This document shows, piece by piece, positions 28,506 through 37,673 of a stretch of DNA of 64,000 nucleotides (the stretch's first letter is position 1; every line of letters begins with the position of its first letter). The stretch is from Dehalococcoidia bacterium (GTDB lineage: Bacteria; Chloroflexota; Dehalococcoidia; Lucifugimonadales; UBA3495), in assembly GCA_963664175.2 (NCBI GenBank), contig CAXXOI010000005.1, positions 6,542 to 70,541 of the forward strand. Direction: 5' to 3'. The position numbers and the translations under genes were made by a program. The notes beneath the pieces are model-generated. The model searched no databases and was not told the DNA's origin. It saw only the letters and a list, made by a program, of their open reading frames with translations.

Positions 28506-31500
28506 TTATCCTTCCTCGTCTTCGCCGGAAAGCGTGAGGTAGCCTGCAACAGCCAAGTCAGACCTCTTTCGCTGCCAGAGGTCTCCGCGCCTGGCCGGGC
28601 AGAGCGAATTGAAGTCGCAGTACCTGCAATTTTCGTGGCCCGGGTTTTCCGGGTGGCCCACCCAGGCTCCCGGTCGCGCCGGAAACAGTCCCGCCCCGAT
28701 GCCCTCGATGATGCTGGCAACGCCATGCCTGAAACGTTCCCTGGTTTCGCCGTCATCAATGTCGAAATGGCTGGACGGGGCGAACCTGGGCCTGGCGGAA
28801 GTGCGCGTGAACCAGTAAGCCGCTGTGACGTCGGTGGACTCCGGGAAAATGGTGTGGGCCGCCAGGGAATACACCCCCAGCTGGAGCCGTTTGCCCCGGT
28901 CGATGACGTCGTCGTCCAGCCCCTTATACGGCAGGGGACTGCCGGTCTTGTAGTCGATTACCAGGGCAGAGGCGCCGTCCTCCGAGAGGTCAATGCGGTC
29001 GATACGGCCTCGGAAGAACAGTCCTGTTTCCGGATCATGCACCGAGAGCGCCTCGCCCCCCATGCCGAAATCGGCTTCCGCCATTATCCGTGTTGTGCCG
29101 TGCAGGGCACGAACGCTCGCGTCCTCCTCAAGGAAGGTCTCGAGGTCGTCCAGAATTTCCTGCTTTGCCAAGTCCCACAGCAGGGCCCTGCCGGTAACTC
29201 CCCGACGCTCCGCCTCCCGGAAGTGCGACTGGGTAATCTCCAGCAGCCGGTCCCTGGCGCCCTGGTCCCAGGCCTGCCCGGGTTGCGGTATGTTGCCGGC
29301 AGCAACGGCCTCCCGTATGAACTCCTCGAGGATGTCGTGCACAAGGGAACCCCTGTCCAGGGCGCTGATTGTGGTGGTTTCCTCGGGCGTTTCCAGCGCG
29401 CTCAAGCGGAGGACCTGGCCCAGGAAGTAGCGGAAGGGACAGGTCGCCCAAGCCTCGAGGCTTGTGGCCGAAACCGGTGTACCGGAGGGATTCAGGCGGA
29501 ACTCCTTCGGGGTCAGCGTGCCCGACAGAATCCCGTCGAACTCGGTAAACCGGCGCAGGTTGCGGCTGCGGCCCGCACGTATGGCCCTTGCTGCGGAGCT
29601 TTCAGCCACCAAGGGGTGTTCCCGCATCCGACGGCCAGCGCCCCTCCACTGCAGCAGCCGGCGCATCGTGTAATCGCGCTGGTCAGCCAGGGCGGTATCG
29701 TCGGCGCCGACGATACCAAGCTCCGATGACGCCGTCATGGTCAGCCAGGGGCGATCATGCAACTCCGCAAGGTCTCCCGTGTACACCGGGCGGCCCTCCA
29801 ACTCGGAGGCCTGCTCGAGGAACCACCTGGATGGATATGACTGCCGCTGGGAGGACCCGTCGGCCAGGGAGTAGGACAGGGTACGCCTGGGAGCGGACGC
29901 CAGGGCCGAAAGGTAATCGTGCCGTTCCCTGGCAATCCGCGTAGTCGCGCGGGACTGGCCGCCTGCGGCCACCCATCCGGATTCCGGGAGCAGCGGATCC
30001 GGCCTGACGGCTGGGGGCACCGCACCCTCGATCATGCCGACCAGCCAAACGGCGTCAAAGCACATTCCGTTAGCTGTGGCAAAGCTCGATACGAAGACGC
30101 CCGAGCCGGTGGGTCCGAGCTGTCCGACAGGTGCGGTGAGCTGTTCCCGCACCGTTCGGCGGAATGTCTCCAGGTCCGTTGCCGAATGTATGCTGTCCGC
30201 CGACGACAGGCCCTCCAGAAAGTCCTCGATACGAACCGCGGCATCGCCGTCCGATTCGCTGAGTCGGCGAGAGAGATAGGTGTCCAGCAATCGTCGCGCC
30301 CATTGGCAGTGGCTGGTCCAGCTGCTGCCTGCGTCTGGCGCCGCCAGGTCCCTGGCCAGCAGCTCCACGAATACCAGGGCGTTTCGGGCCGCAGTTGCCT
30401 CGTACCGCATCTGCCCAGCCCGGCCCTCGGAAATCTCATCTTTGGCCAGCCTTCGTTCGGCCTGTCGTTCGAGGTCGCGGGAATACCTGTTGAGAGAGTC
30501 CCGCCATTGCCCAATGCTGCCCACAATGCCGGCCCTCCGGCTCAGTGAATCCCAGTAGCTGGGATTGAACCCGGGAGTCCTCCCCGAGGGCGGGCTTATT
30601 GGGCATCCGGTCAGCCAGGACATAACGTCATCGCGACGCAGGGTTCCATCGGCCAAGTCCAGCAGGCCGAGGAGCGTCCGTCCCGGGCCGGTGTCGGCCA
30701 GGGCGTCTCTGCCCGGCCCTGCCAAGGGAATGCCGGCAAGTTCGAGTTCCACGGGGATCAGTGACGCATAGGGGTTTTCCGCCCGGTACAGGATCGCCAT
30801 TCGATGGAATGGGGTCCGCCTTTCCGTTGCCTCGGCGATGATCTGCCGGATGACCCAGCGCAACTCCTCGTGGGCGCTGGGTGCAATGTGCAGGGAGGCC
30901 TCCCCCTCGGGAAGCTGGAATGGGATGTCTTGCCGAAACGGCGACCCGTTCGCTTGCGTATCACACTTGAGGGTCCGGTACAGTTCCTCCGCCGGGCGGT
31001 CGGCATTGGCATCTCCGGTGGTTCCCAGCACTACCGCACAGCGGTTCTCAGTCCAGAGGGCCTCAATCAGCCTGGTTTCTGCGGGTGTTACGTCGTTCGG
31101 GAGGTAGAAGACAATCAGGCCCAATTCATCCAGCGCGTTGGGTCGTCTTGCGCGTAAAGATTCGACTGCCGCGTCGGCCAGGTCCTCCTGGTCATACCAC
31201 TGAGAAACCGTTTCCTGTCGGAACCGCCGGAACAGCCTCACCACCTCGGAACGGACCTCCCCCTGTTGCTCCAGGGCGTCTATCACCTCAGCCGGAGCCT
31301 CGCGCAGCTCGCGGAAGGATGCCCGCGTGCTGGTCTGCGTGGCAGGATGAAGGCTGACAGAGGCCAGCGGTCCGGTGGCGCCAGCCAGGGTGGCTTGGAC
31401 GGCGACGCCCTCCAGAAAGCTGGCGAGCGGCCTCCGTCCTTGTTGCGCGAGGGTCGGGGCCCCCAGCATTTCCGAAAGCACGGGCAGAACTATGAACCGG

Positions 31501-31700
31501 ACATTGGCGAAGCCCCTGCTCCCCAACTCATGCCGCAGGCTCAGGTTGGCATACCGGGACGGGCCGACCACCGTTACAGGGGCGAGTACATCGCTCCCCT
31601 TGGCTTCATCAATGAGTTCCCACAGCCGGTCCTTGATGTTGCCCGGCTGGCGTTCCGCGATCAGTCGCGGCACACTGTTGGTCGTATCGCTCATGGACAA
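28506..31700 (-). CDS. addB: helicase/nuclease subunit B (AddB-type: degenerate ATPase, C-terminal nuclease with Fe-S cysteines)
   Basis: No intact Walker A was seen. C-terminal nuclease motif GRIDRIDLSEDGASALVIDYKTG is flanked by CPFRYF and CRYCDFNSLC cysteines. Lies 2 nt upstream of addA. Confidence 0.78.
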   Translation of the reverse strand: MSMSDTTNSVPRLIAERQPGNIKDRLWELIDEAKGSDVLAPVTVVGPSRYANLSLRHELGSRGFANVRFIVLPVLSEMLGAPTLAQQGRRPLASFLEGVAVQATLAGATGPLASVSLHPATQTSTRASFRELREAPAEVIDALEQQGEVRSEVVRLFRRFRQETVSQWYDQEDLADAAVESLRARRPNALDELGLIVFYLPNDVTPAETRLIEALWTENRCAVVLGTTGDANADRPAEELYRTLKCDTQANGSPFRQDIPFQLPEGEASLHIAPSAHEELRWVIRQIIAEATERRTPFHRMAILYRAENPYASLIPVELELAGIPLAGPGRDALADTGPGRTLLGLLDLADGTLRRDDVMSWLTGCPISPPSGRTPGFNPSYWDSLSRRAGIVGSIGQWRDSLNRYSRDLERQAERRLAKDEISEGRAGQMRYEATAARNALVFVELLARDLAAPDAGSSWTSHCQWARRLLDTYLSRRLSESDGDAAVRIEDFLEGLSSADSIHSATDLETFRRTVREQLTAPVGQLGPTGSGVFVSSFATANGMCFDAVWLVGMIEGAVPPAVRPDPLLPESGWVAAGGQSRATTRIARERHDYLSALASAPRRTLSYSLADGSSQRQSYPSRWFLEQASELEGRPVYTGDLAELHDRPWLTMTASSELGIVGADDTALADQRDYTMRRLLQWRGAGRRMREHPLVAESSAARAIRAGRSRNLRRFTEFDGILSGTLTPKEFRLNPSGTPVSATSLEAWATCPFRYFLGQVLRLSALETPEETTTISALDRGSLVHDILEEFIREAVAAGNIPQPGQAWDQGARDRLLEITQSHFREAERRGVTGRALLWDLAKQEILDDLETFLEEDASVRALHGTTRIMAEADFGMGGEALSVHDPETGLFFRGRIDRIDLSEDGASALVIDYKTGSPLPYKGLDDDVIDRGKRLQLGVYSLAAHTIFPESTDVTAAYWFTRTSARPRFAPSSHFDIDDGETRERFRHGVASIIEGIGAGLFPARPGAWVGHPENPGHENCRYCDFNSLCPARRGDLWQRKRSDLAVAGYLTLSGEDEEG

Positions 31701-31813
31701 AACATATCACACTTCGGCCTGTCATTCGTCCGTCGATGAAGAGGGAAAGGGGCCGCGTAAATCTTGCTGCGGCCCCCGGATTGCTGGATTAAACGTATGG
31801 GTGATGGTCGACG

Positions 31814-33355
31814 CTAGCCGTTGCGGATCCACTCGGCGCAGCGCTCGCCGATCATGATGGTGGTGCAGTTGGTGTTGGCGCGGATGACGTTGGGCATGAT
31901 CGATGCGTCGGCGACCTTGATGCCCTCGAGACCGTGGATGCTGAGGTGCTGGTCTACCACCGACATGGGATCGCTGGACGGGCCCATCTTGCACGTCCCC
32001 GACGCGTGAGTGGTGTTGAACACGGTGCGGCGCATGTAGTCGTCCAGGGCATCGTCGGAAGCCAGGTCCTCGGCGGAGGGGTGGGTCACCTTGTCGATGA
32101 TGGAAGCGAATGACGGGTGCTCCAGCAGCTTGAGACTGATTTTGACGGCCTCGCGCAGGCGCTCCACGTCGCGCTCCTCTTCAAGGTAGTGGTAGTTCAG
32201 CGACGGCTGCACGTGCGGATCGTTGGCCGAGAGCCGCACCTCGCCCTTGCCATCGGCCAACTCCAGGATGCACTGGATGCGCACGCCGCCCGGCTCGAAG
32301 GGATCGGCCCCACCGATGGGAGTGGAGAAGGACGACGCGGTGATCTGCATGTCGTTGCGATCGGGTGAGCCGGAAGCGGTGTAGCGCAGGGCGCACTGGG
32401 TGCGTGGCGCCAGCGGGTCCTGCGGATGGTCTTCACGCACGTCGCAGATGAGGGCCACGATGGGATGGTCGCGAAGGTTCTGCCCCACTCCTGGCAACTC
32501 GTGCACCACCGGAACGCCCATCTCGCGCAGGTGGTCGGCCGGACCGACGCCCGACAGCATCAGGATCTGCGGCGACGCCATGGCCCCTGCGCTGAGGACG
32601 ATCTGGTCGCTCTCGACCTGGAACACCTCGCCGCCGCTCTCTACCTCCACGCCCACGGCTTTCTTGCCCTCAAACAGGATGCGGCGCACCACGACGTTGG
32701 CCTTGACCGTCAGGTTCAGCTTGTGGCGCACCTCGCTCAGGAAGGTGAGGGCCGTGCTCATCCGGACGCCCTCGGGGTTGTTCATGGGAATGGGGCCGAC
32801 TCCGCCAGAGTCCGGGGCGTTCATGTCGTAATCCTCGGGATAGCCAGCGGAGAGGGACGCCTGCACGAAGGCCTCCTGGAAGGGCAGCCAGTCCTCTTTC
32901 TTGAAACGGCGGACCGGTATGGGGCCCTCGTTGCCGTGGAAGTCGTCGGTGATGTCGAGGTCTGTCTCCATCTTGCGCAGGAACGGAAGGCAGTCGATGT
33001 ACTTCCACTCGTCATTGCCTTCGGAGGCCCAGCCGTCGTAGTCCTCGGGCACGCCGCGCAGCAGTACCTGGCCGTTGATGGCGCTGGTGCCGCCGACGAC
33101 CTTGCCCCGGGGCGCGGGCAGCATGTCGGTCTGCTGTGCCGAGCCCTGGGCCCACCAAGTCCAGTTGTGCGGGGCGCCCTGGGCCGAAGCGTCGGGCTTG
33201 TACCCGTACTTCAGATCGTCGGGGTAGTAGTGGTAGTCCGGATAGTCGGGCCCGGCTTCCAGCAGCAACACCGAGCGCTCGGAGTCCTCGGCCAGGCGAG
33301 AGGCGACCGTGCAGCCTCCGGACCCGGCTCCAATAACGATAACGTCGTACTTCAT
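31814..33355 (-). CDS. GMC-family FAD oxidoreductase (choline-dehydrogenase-like), paralog 1
   Basis: MKYDVIVIGAGSGGC Rossmann start and C-terminal GMC signature (HASGTCKMG...VADASIMP). ATG at 33355; the track ORF is 5'-extended into the upstream paralog. Confidence 0.88.
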   Translation of the reverse strand: MKYDVIVIGAGSGGCTVASRLAEDSERSVLLLEAGPDYPDYHYYPDDLKYGYKPDASAQGAPHNWTWWAQGSAQQTDMLPAPRGKVVGGTSAINGQVLLRGVPEDYDGWASEGNDEWKYIDCLPFLRKMETDLDITDDFHGNEGPIPVRRFKKEDWLPFQEAFVQASLSAGYPEDYDMNAPDSGGVGPIPMNNPEGVRMSTALTFLSEVRHKLNLTVKANVVVRRILFEGKKAVGVEVESGGEVFQVESDQIVLSAGAMASPQILMLSGVGPADHLREMGVPVVHELPGVGQNLRDHPIVALICDVREDHPQDPLAPRTQCALRYTASGSPDRNDMQITASSFSTPIGGADPFEPGGVRIQCILELADGKGEVRLSANDPHVQPSLNYHYLEEERDVERLREAVKISLKLLEHPSFASIIDKVTHPSAEDLASDDALDDYMRRTVFNTTHASGTCKMGPSSDPMSVVDQHLSIHGLEGIKVADASIMPNVIRANTNCTTIMIGERCAEWIRNG

Positions 33356-33357
33356 GG

Positions 33358-34902
33358 CTACTTGCCCTCCTTGATGAAGTCGGAGATTCTTTCGGCAATC
33401 ATGATGGTGCTGACGTTGGTGTTCGCCCGCGGCGTATCGGGCATGATGGACGCGTCGGCCACATTTAGGCCCTCGAGACCGTGGACCCTGCCATACTGGT
33501 CGACCACGGCTGTGGAATCCGACGCGGGGCCCATCTTGCACGTGCCGACCAGGTGCTGCGAGGTGCGAACGTTCTCGTGCAGCCAGACGTCCAGCAGATC
33601 GTCTGAGGCAACCTGCTCGTCGGTGGGATACAGCCTCTCCTTGAGAATGTCCTTGTAGGCGTCGCTCTCGGTGAGCCTGACGATCAGGCGGACGCCGTCG
33701 CGCAACCGCTCCGTGTCCCGCTCGTCCTCAAGGAAGTGGTACTCCAGCAGTGGCTGGTCGTGGGGGTCAGGAGACGTGAGCGTCACCTGGCCGTGGCCCA
33801 TGGCCAGGTTCAGGATGCAGGACATTCGGAAGTCCTCGCCCGGACCGGTCAGGTCGCCCATGGGCGTGGAGAAAGTGGTTGGGAACAGCACCATGTCGTT
33901 GCGCAGGTCGGAACCCGTCGCGGTGTAACGCAGGCCCAGCTGCGTCCTGGAGGCCTCGAAGTTCATGGGGAAGCCATCCTGGGCGCTGAAGGCGATCCCG
34001 ACTTGCGGATGGTCGCGGTAGTTCTGTCCCACCCCGGGCAGGTCGTGGACGACAGGAACGCCCACCTCCTCGAGGTGCGCCCGTGGGCCCACGCCCGAGT
34101 GCATCAGGATGTGCGGGGAGGCGATGGACCCTGCGGATAGGACGATGCGCTCGCCCTCAACGATGAACGTCTCGCCGCCGCTCTCCACCTCGACGGCCAC
34201 GGCCTTTTTGCCCTCGAACAGTACGCGGGTGGTCAGGGCGTTGGGCTTGATGGTGAGATTGAGGCGGTGCCGGATGGGGTTGATATAGGAGAGCGCTGTG
34301 CTGAGCCTGACGCCGTCCACATTGTTCACGGGCAGCGGGGCCACACCGGTGGACTCAGGGTTGTTCATGTCCTCGCCGGCACGGAATCCCTCGGTGACGC
34401 AGGCGGCGTGGAAGGCGTGCATCAGCGGCTCCCAGGCCTCCTCCTTGTGGCGGCGCACCCGCATGGGACCGTCGTTGCCGTGGAAGTCGTCGCGGATGTC
34501 CAGGTCGGTCTCCATCCGCCGAAAAGTGGGCAGCAGCTTGATGTACTCCCATTCGTTGTTGCCGGCCGCGGCCCAGGAGTCATAGTCCTCGGGCAGCCCG
34601 CGTAGGAACACCTGGCCGTTGATGGCGCTGGTGCCTCCCACCACCTTGCCCCTGGGGGCATACATGTCGTTGGGGCGCTCTGGGGTGGGCTTGCCTACGA
34701 AGGACCAGTTGTGCTCCGAGCCGTGAAGCGAGGCCAGCTCCGACTGGTAGCCGTTTTTCAGGGCCTCCGGGTAGTGCTCGATATCCGGATAGTCCGGCCC
34801 GGCCTCGAGCAGTAGGACCGACCGCTCCGGGTCCTCGGATAATCGCGCCGCCATGGCGCATCCCGCCGACCCGGCCCCCACTACAATCACGTCGTACTTC
34901 AT
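33358..34902 (-). CDS. GMC-family FAD oxidoreductase, paralog 2
   Basis: MKYDVIVVGAGSAGC... and HLVGTCKMG...VADASIMP. Lies 2 nt upstream of paralog 1. Confidence 0.88.
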   Translation of the reverse strand: MKYDVIVVGAGSAGCAMAARLSEDPERSVLLLEAGPDYPDIEHYPEALKNGYQSELASLHGSEHNWSFVGKPTPERPNDMYAPRGKVVGGTSAINGQVFLRGLPEDYDSWAAAGNNEWEYIKLLPTFRRMETDLDIRDDFHGNDGPMRVRRHKEEAWEPLMHAFHAACVTEGFRAGEDMNNPESTGVAPLPVNNVDGVRLSTALSYINPIRHRLNLTIKPNALTTRVLFEGKKAVAVEVESGGETFIVEGERIVLSAGSIASPHILMHSGVGPRAHLEEVGVPVVHDLPGVGQNYRDHPQVGIAFSAQDGFPMNFEASRTQLGLRYTATGSDLRNDMVLFPTTFSTPMGDLTGPGEDFRMSCILNLAMGHGQVTLTSPDPHDQPLLEYHFLEDERDTERLRDGVRLIVRLTESDAYKDILKERLYPTDEQVASDDLLDVWLHENVRTSQHLVGTCKMGPASDSTAVVDQYGRVHGLEGLNVADASIMPDTPRANTNVSTIMIAERISDFIKEGK

Positions 34903-35138
34903 TCTTGCACCCTCGGCTTACAGATTGATTCCAGAAGCTTACAGGTCGCTAGGATAAGCCAACCGCGTGGGCTGTTCAACCGTGGGGCTTCCTGACGGCA
35001 GGGTTGGAGCGAACGGCCGTCGCCAATGGGCGAAAGGATGAGGGCGGCTTGAGCATGGGTGGCCCCGCAGGCGAGGTTGTGGCCCGGTCCCCTGGCACTG
35101 TTAAATGTGAGGATAACTCACAGGGGAGCGCCCCCCGC

Positions 35139-35176
35139 GAAAAGAAAAACTGCCGGCGTGCAAGGACAGCCGGCAG
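35139..35176 (-). terminator. rho-independent terminator (minus strand)
   Basis: Stem CTGCCGGC (35150-35157) / GCCGGCAG (35169-35176). Followed on the minus strand by TTTTTCTTTTC (35139-35149). Lies 22 nt past the stop of the small ORF. Confidence 0.7.
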
Positions 35177-35197
35177 CTCAATGGTGAGGGGAAGTGA

Positions 35198-35341
35198 TCA
35201 GTTTGGGTCAAGCATCCAGTGTACGATTGCTGCCGGAAGGCAACCTGGCATCATCAGGAACGCTATGTAGCTCATGGTCATAGAAAAGCCACTGCCATTG
35301 TATTGTTCAACCCATCCGTGGCGAACTAACCAACTGTGCAT
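35198..35341 (-). CDS. small hypothetical protein, 47 aa (MHSWLVRHGWVEQYNGSGFSMTMSYIAFLMMPGCLPAAIVHWMLDPN)
   Basis: ATG at 35341 is preceded by GAAAGGAGAACTCGTT (strong RBS). It is bracketed by terminators at 35481-35521 (upstream) and 35139-35176 (downstream). Has a hydrophobic C-terminal half. Confidence 0.5.
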   Translation of the reverse strand: MHSWLVRHGWVEQYNGSGFSMTMSYIAFLMMPGCLPAAIVHWMLDPN

Positions 35342-35480
35342 AACGAGTTCTCCTTTCGAGAAACTCGCCTTGCGGAAGGCAACCGACCCTACCTCTTTGA
35401 CCCCACGGCAACCACTGCTAAAATGACAGCGGCCTGTACTGGCCCGCGGGCGTCTCCGCTTCGGCGGTGCGCCAAAACGC

Positions 35481-35521
35481 AAAAGGTCCTGCTGGAGTCA
35501 CGACCTCCAGCAGGACTTTTT
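35481..35521. terminator. bidirectional rho-independent terminator
   Basis: 12-bp stem GTCCTGCTGGAG / CTCCAGCAGGAC with a 7-nt loop. Flanked by AAAA upstream and TTTTT downstream, so a U-tract is available on both strands. Confidence 0.7.
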
Positions 35522-35876
35522 AGCGATTAGCTACTGGATGACGGACGCTTTCAGCGTCCCACTAGGGAATCAGGAACCTGGGTGCTTGCCGCTGACATCT
35601 CGGGCGCCCCACATCAGGGTCTCTTGGGCGTCGAGTCGCGAGTTGGCCCGCCTGCTGCCAGCGATTGGTCTGGGCAGGAGCGATGGTACACTCTCCACGG
35701 ACCCGCGTCAAATTGTGCCGCGGGAATGACGGGCCAACACTTGAGTTGTTGACCATCCGACCGTGGCCGGCGCTTGGAAGCGCCAGCGCATGGACAGGTG
35801 GCCTTCAACAAGCCCCGGGTGAGCCGCTGCCGGGAGCCGGCCACGGTATTCCCTCGGCCTGCAATTATCCTACGGA

Positions 35877-36836
35877 TCAGATGCCCAGCAGGTGCTCCAG
35901 GTTGCCGTGCAGGATGGCCTCTTTCTCTTCCGTGGTCAGGCTCTCCATAGACAGGATCCACGACACAGGCCAGTCGGTGGCCATGTCAAAGGGCCAGTCG
36001 GTGCCGAAGACCACGCGATCGATTCCCACGCTGTCTATCAGGTACCGCAGGGCCTCCTCGCTGAAGGTGACGCAGTCGTAGTAGAACTTGTCGAGATATT
36101 TACTGGGCGGCTGGCTGATGTTGACCCGTGCCTCTTGCCGTACCTGCCAGCCCCGGTCCATGCGCCCGATGCCGTAGCAGGTGTAGCCGCCGCCGTGGCA
36201 AAGGCAGACGCGCAGGTCGGGACAGGCGTCCATGACGCCGCCGTAAACGAATGAGGCGAATGTAACGGCCCTGTCGGCCAGGTTGCCGATGGTGTTGGGC
36301 AGGTGGTACCGGTTGCTGCGCGGGGTGACGACCGTGTCCCCACCCTGGTGAATGAGGAACAGTGCTCCCGACGCCTCGGCTGACTTCCACAGGGGCATGA
36401 ACTCCGGATCGTCAAAGGTCTTGCCGCTGACGTGGTCGCCGATCATCGCTCCCTTGAGTCCGATGTTCATGGCGTGTTCCAACTCGGCGACGGCGGAGGT
36501 GACGTCCTGCATGGGCAGGGTGGCGAAGCCAGCGAACCGGTCGGGATGGTCCTTGACCAGTTGGGCCACGTAGTCGTTGCACTCCCGGGCCATGGCGGTG
36601 GTGGCTGCGGCGTCCCGTTCATAGTTGTAGAAGGACGCGTTGGTGGACAGGACATGAACGTCCACGCCCAGGGAATTCATGTCGGCTATACGTTCCTCGG
36701 GCGTCCATGTGGTGCGTGGGTTGTAGAGCATGTTGGGGGCGTCCGAGAATTCCATCCCGTGCCAGGTGCCGTGCTCCCTGAATGCCTTTATGAATCCCTC
36801 GGGAGAAATGTGCGCGTGAATGTCTATAGTCCGCAT
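35877..36836 (-). CDS. amidohydrolase_2 family protein (ACMSD-like decarboxylase/hydrolase)
   Basis: MRTIDIHAHISPEGF..., ...LCHGGG..., ...VVFGTDWPF motifs. Confidence 0.82.
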   Translation of the reverse strand: MRTIDIHAHISPEGFIKAFREHGTWHGMEFSDAPNMLYNPRTTWTPEERIADMNSLGVDVHVLSTNASFYNYERDAAATTAMARECNDYVAQLVKDHPDRFAGFATLPMQDVTSAVAELEHAMNIGLKGAMIGDHVSGKTFDDPEFMPLWKSAEASGALFLIHQGGDTVVTPRSNRYHLPNTIGNLADRAVTFASFVYGGVMDACPDLRVCLCHGGGYTCYGIGRMDRGWQVRQEARVNISQPPSKYLDKFYYDCVTFSEEALRYLIDSVGIDRVVFGTDWPFDMATDWPVSWILSMESLTTEEKEAILHGNLEHLLGI

Positions 36837-36894
36837 TGACTGTCACCCGGAAAGCAAGGAGTTGCGCCTGCCCCTGCAGGTCGCATCCGTCGGT

Positions 36895-37389
36895 CTAGTG
36901 CTGGTGATGTCCGGTATCCTCCGGCGCGGCGGCCAGCAAGTCGATTCGGTCCAGCCACTTGACGCTCCAGCGTCCGGCTTGTCCCGGCACCACCAGGCGG
37001 CAGGGGCCACCGTGCTCGACGGTCAAAGGAGCCCCGTTGTGTCGCAGCGCGACCATGATGCCCGCGTCTCGCGCCTCCGCCACGGTCATGCCAACTGTGT
37101 AGCCTCCCGAGGTGAAACCGACGTACTGCGCCTCCTGCAGCGGTCCGGCGTCCTTCAGCAGGTCGCCCAGAGGCACTCCCTCCCATCGCTGGTCGGGGGC
37201 CACCCAGCCGCTTACGCAGCGGAAATCGTCCACGATTTCACCCTGGGCTAACTGTGCCAGTCCTGTGGCGTCGAATTCTCTCGGCCGCTCCACCAGGCCG
37301 CCGATGGCCAGTCCCTGCCAGGCGGCGTCCGGATTCTCGGCGCCGCAGACGGGCAGTACTTTGAGAACATCCCTGCTTTCTTCGGTCAT
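36895..37389 (-). CDS. molybdopterin-dependent oxidoreductase domain protein (sulfite-oxidase/YedY-like)
   Basis: ...DDFRCVSGWVAPDQRWEGVPLGDLL... and ...GGPCRLVVPGQAGRWSVKWLDRIDL are typical Oxidored_molyb motifs. Confidence 0.75.
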   Translation of the reverse strand: MTEESRDVLKVLPVCGAENPDAAWQGLAIGGLVERPREFDATGLAQLAQGEIVDDFRCVSGWVAPDQRWEGVPLGDLLKDAGPLQEAQYVGFTSGGYTVGMTVAEARDAGIMVALRHNGAPLTVEHGGPCRLVVPGQAGRWSVKWLDRIDLLAAAPEDTGHHQH

Positions 37390-37673
37390 GTATCCCCCGT
37401 TTCGAGTCCTGGAAAAGTCTGATGCGCTGCTGTTCAGAATCTGTAAAAGGGTCGTCTATTGGCGAATCTTATCGCGGGCGGGTGGCACTGTCCACAGCAA
37501 GGAGACGAGTTGCCGTCCGTCTCCCTCTGGGGATTCCCGGAGTAGTTTGGCGACCCAAGACCGAAAACACCCTGAAACGAAGCCTCAACGGTTATAATTG
37601 TGGCTGTAGGGCACCCTTGTACCTTCCCGTCGAATCATCCTGTCTCAGCAGTCAGTGCAGGTCGGAGGAAACC

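Noticed and set aside
25033-31700. The large helicase-nuclease pair might be a novel defence system (Gabija/Hachiman-like).
   Set aside because: The domain order and motifs match the housekeeping AddAB recombination-repair complex: UvrD helicase + RecB nuclease, and a partner with a degenerate ATPase and an Fe-S-flanked nuclease.
35522-35876. This region might be RNase P RNA, tmRNA, SRP RNA or a cobalamin riboswitch.
   Set aside because: I could not find the diagnostic strings on either strand: GAGGAAAGTCC and ACAGAA...GGCTTA for RNase P, a tRNA-like ...TCCACCA end for tmRNA, GGAAGCAGCC for the SRP core, or the GCCACTG B12 box with AGGGAA...GGTG. It is kept only as an unassigned structured region.
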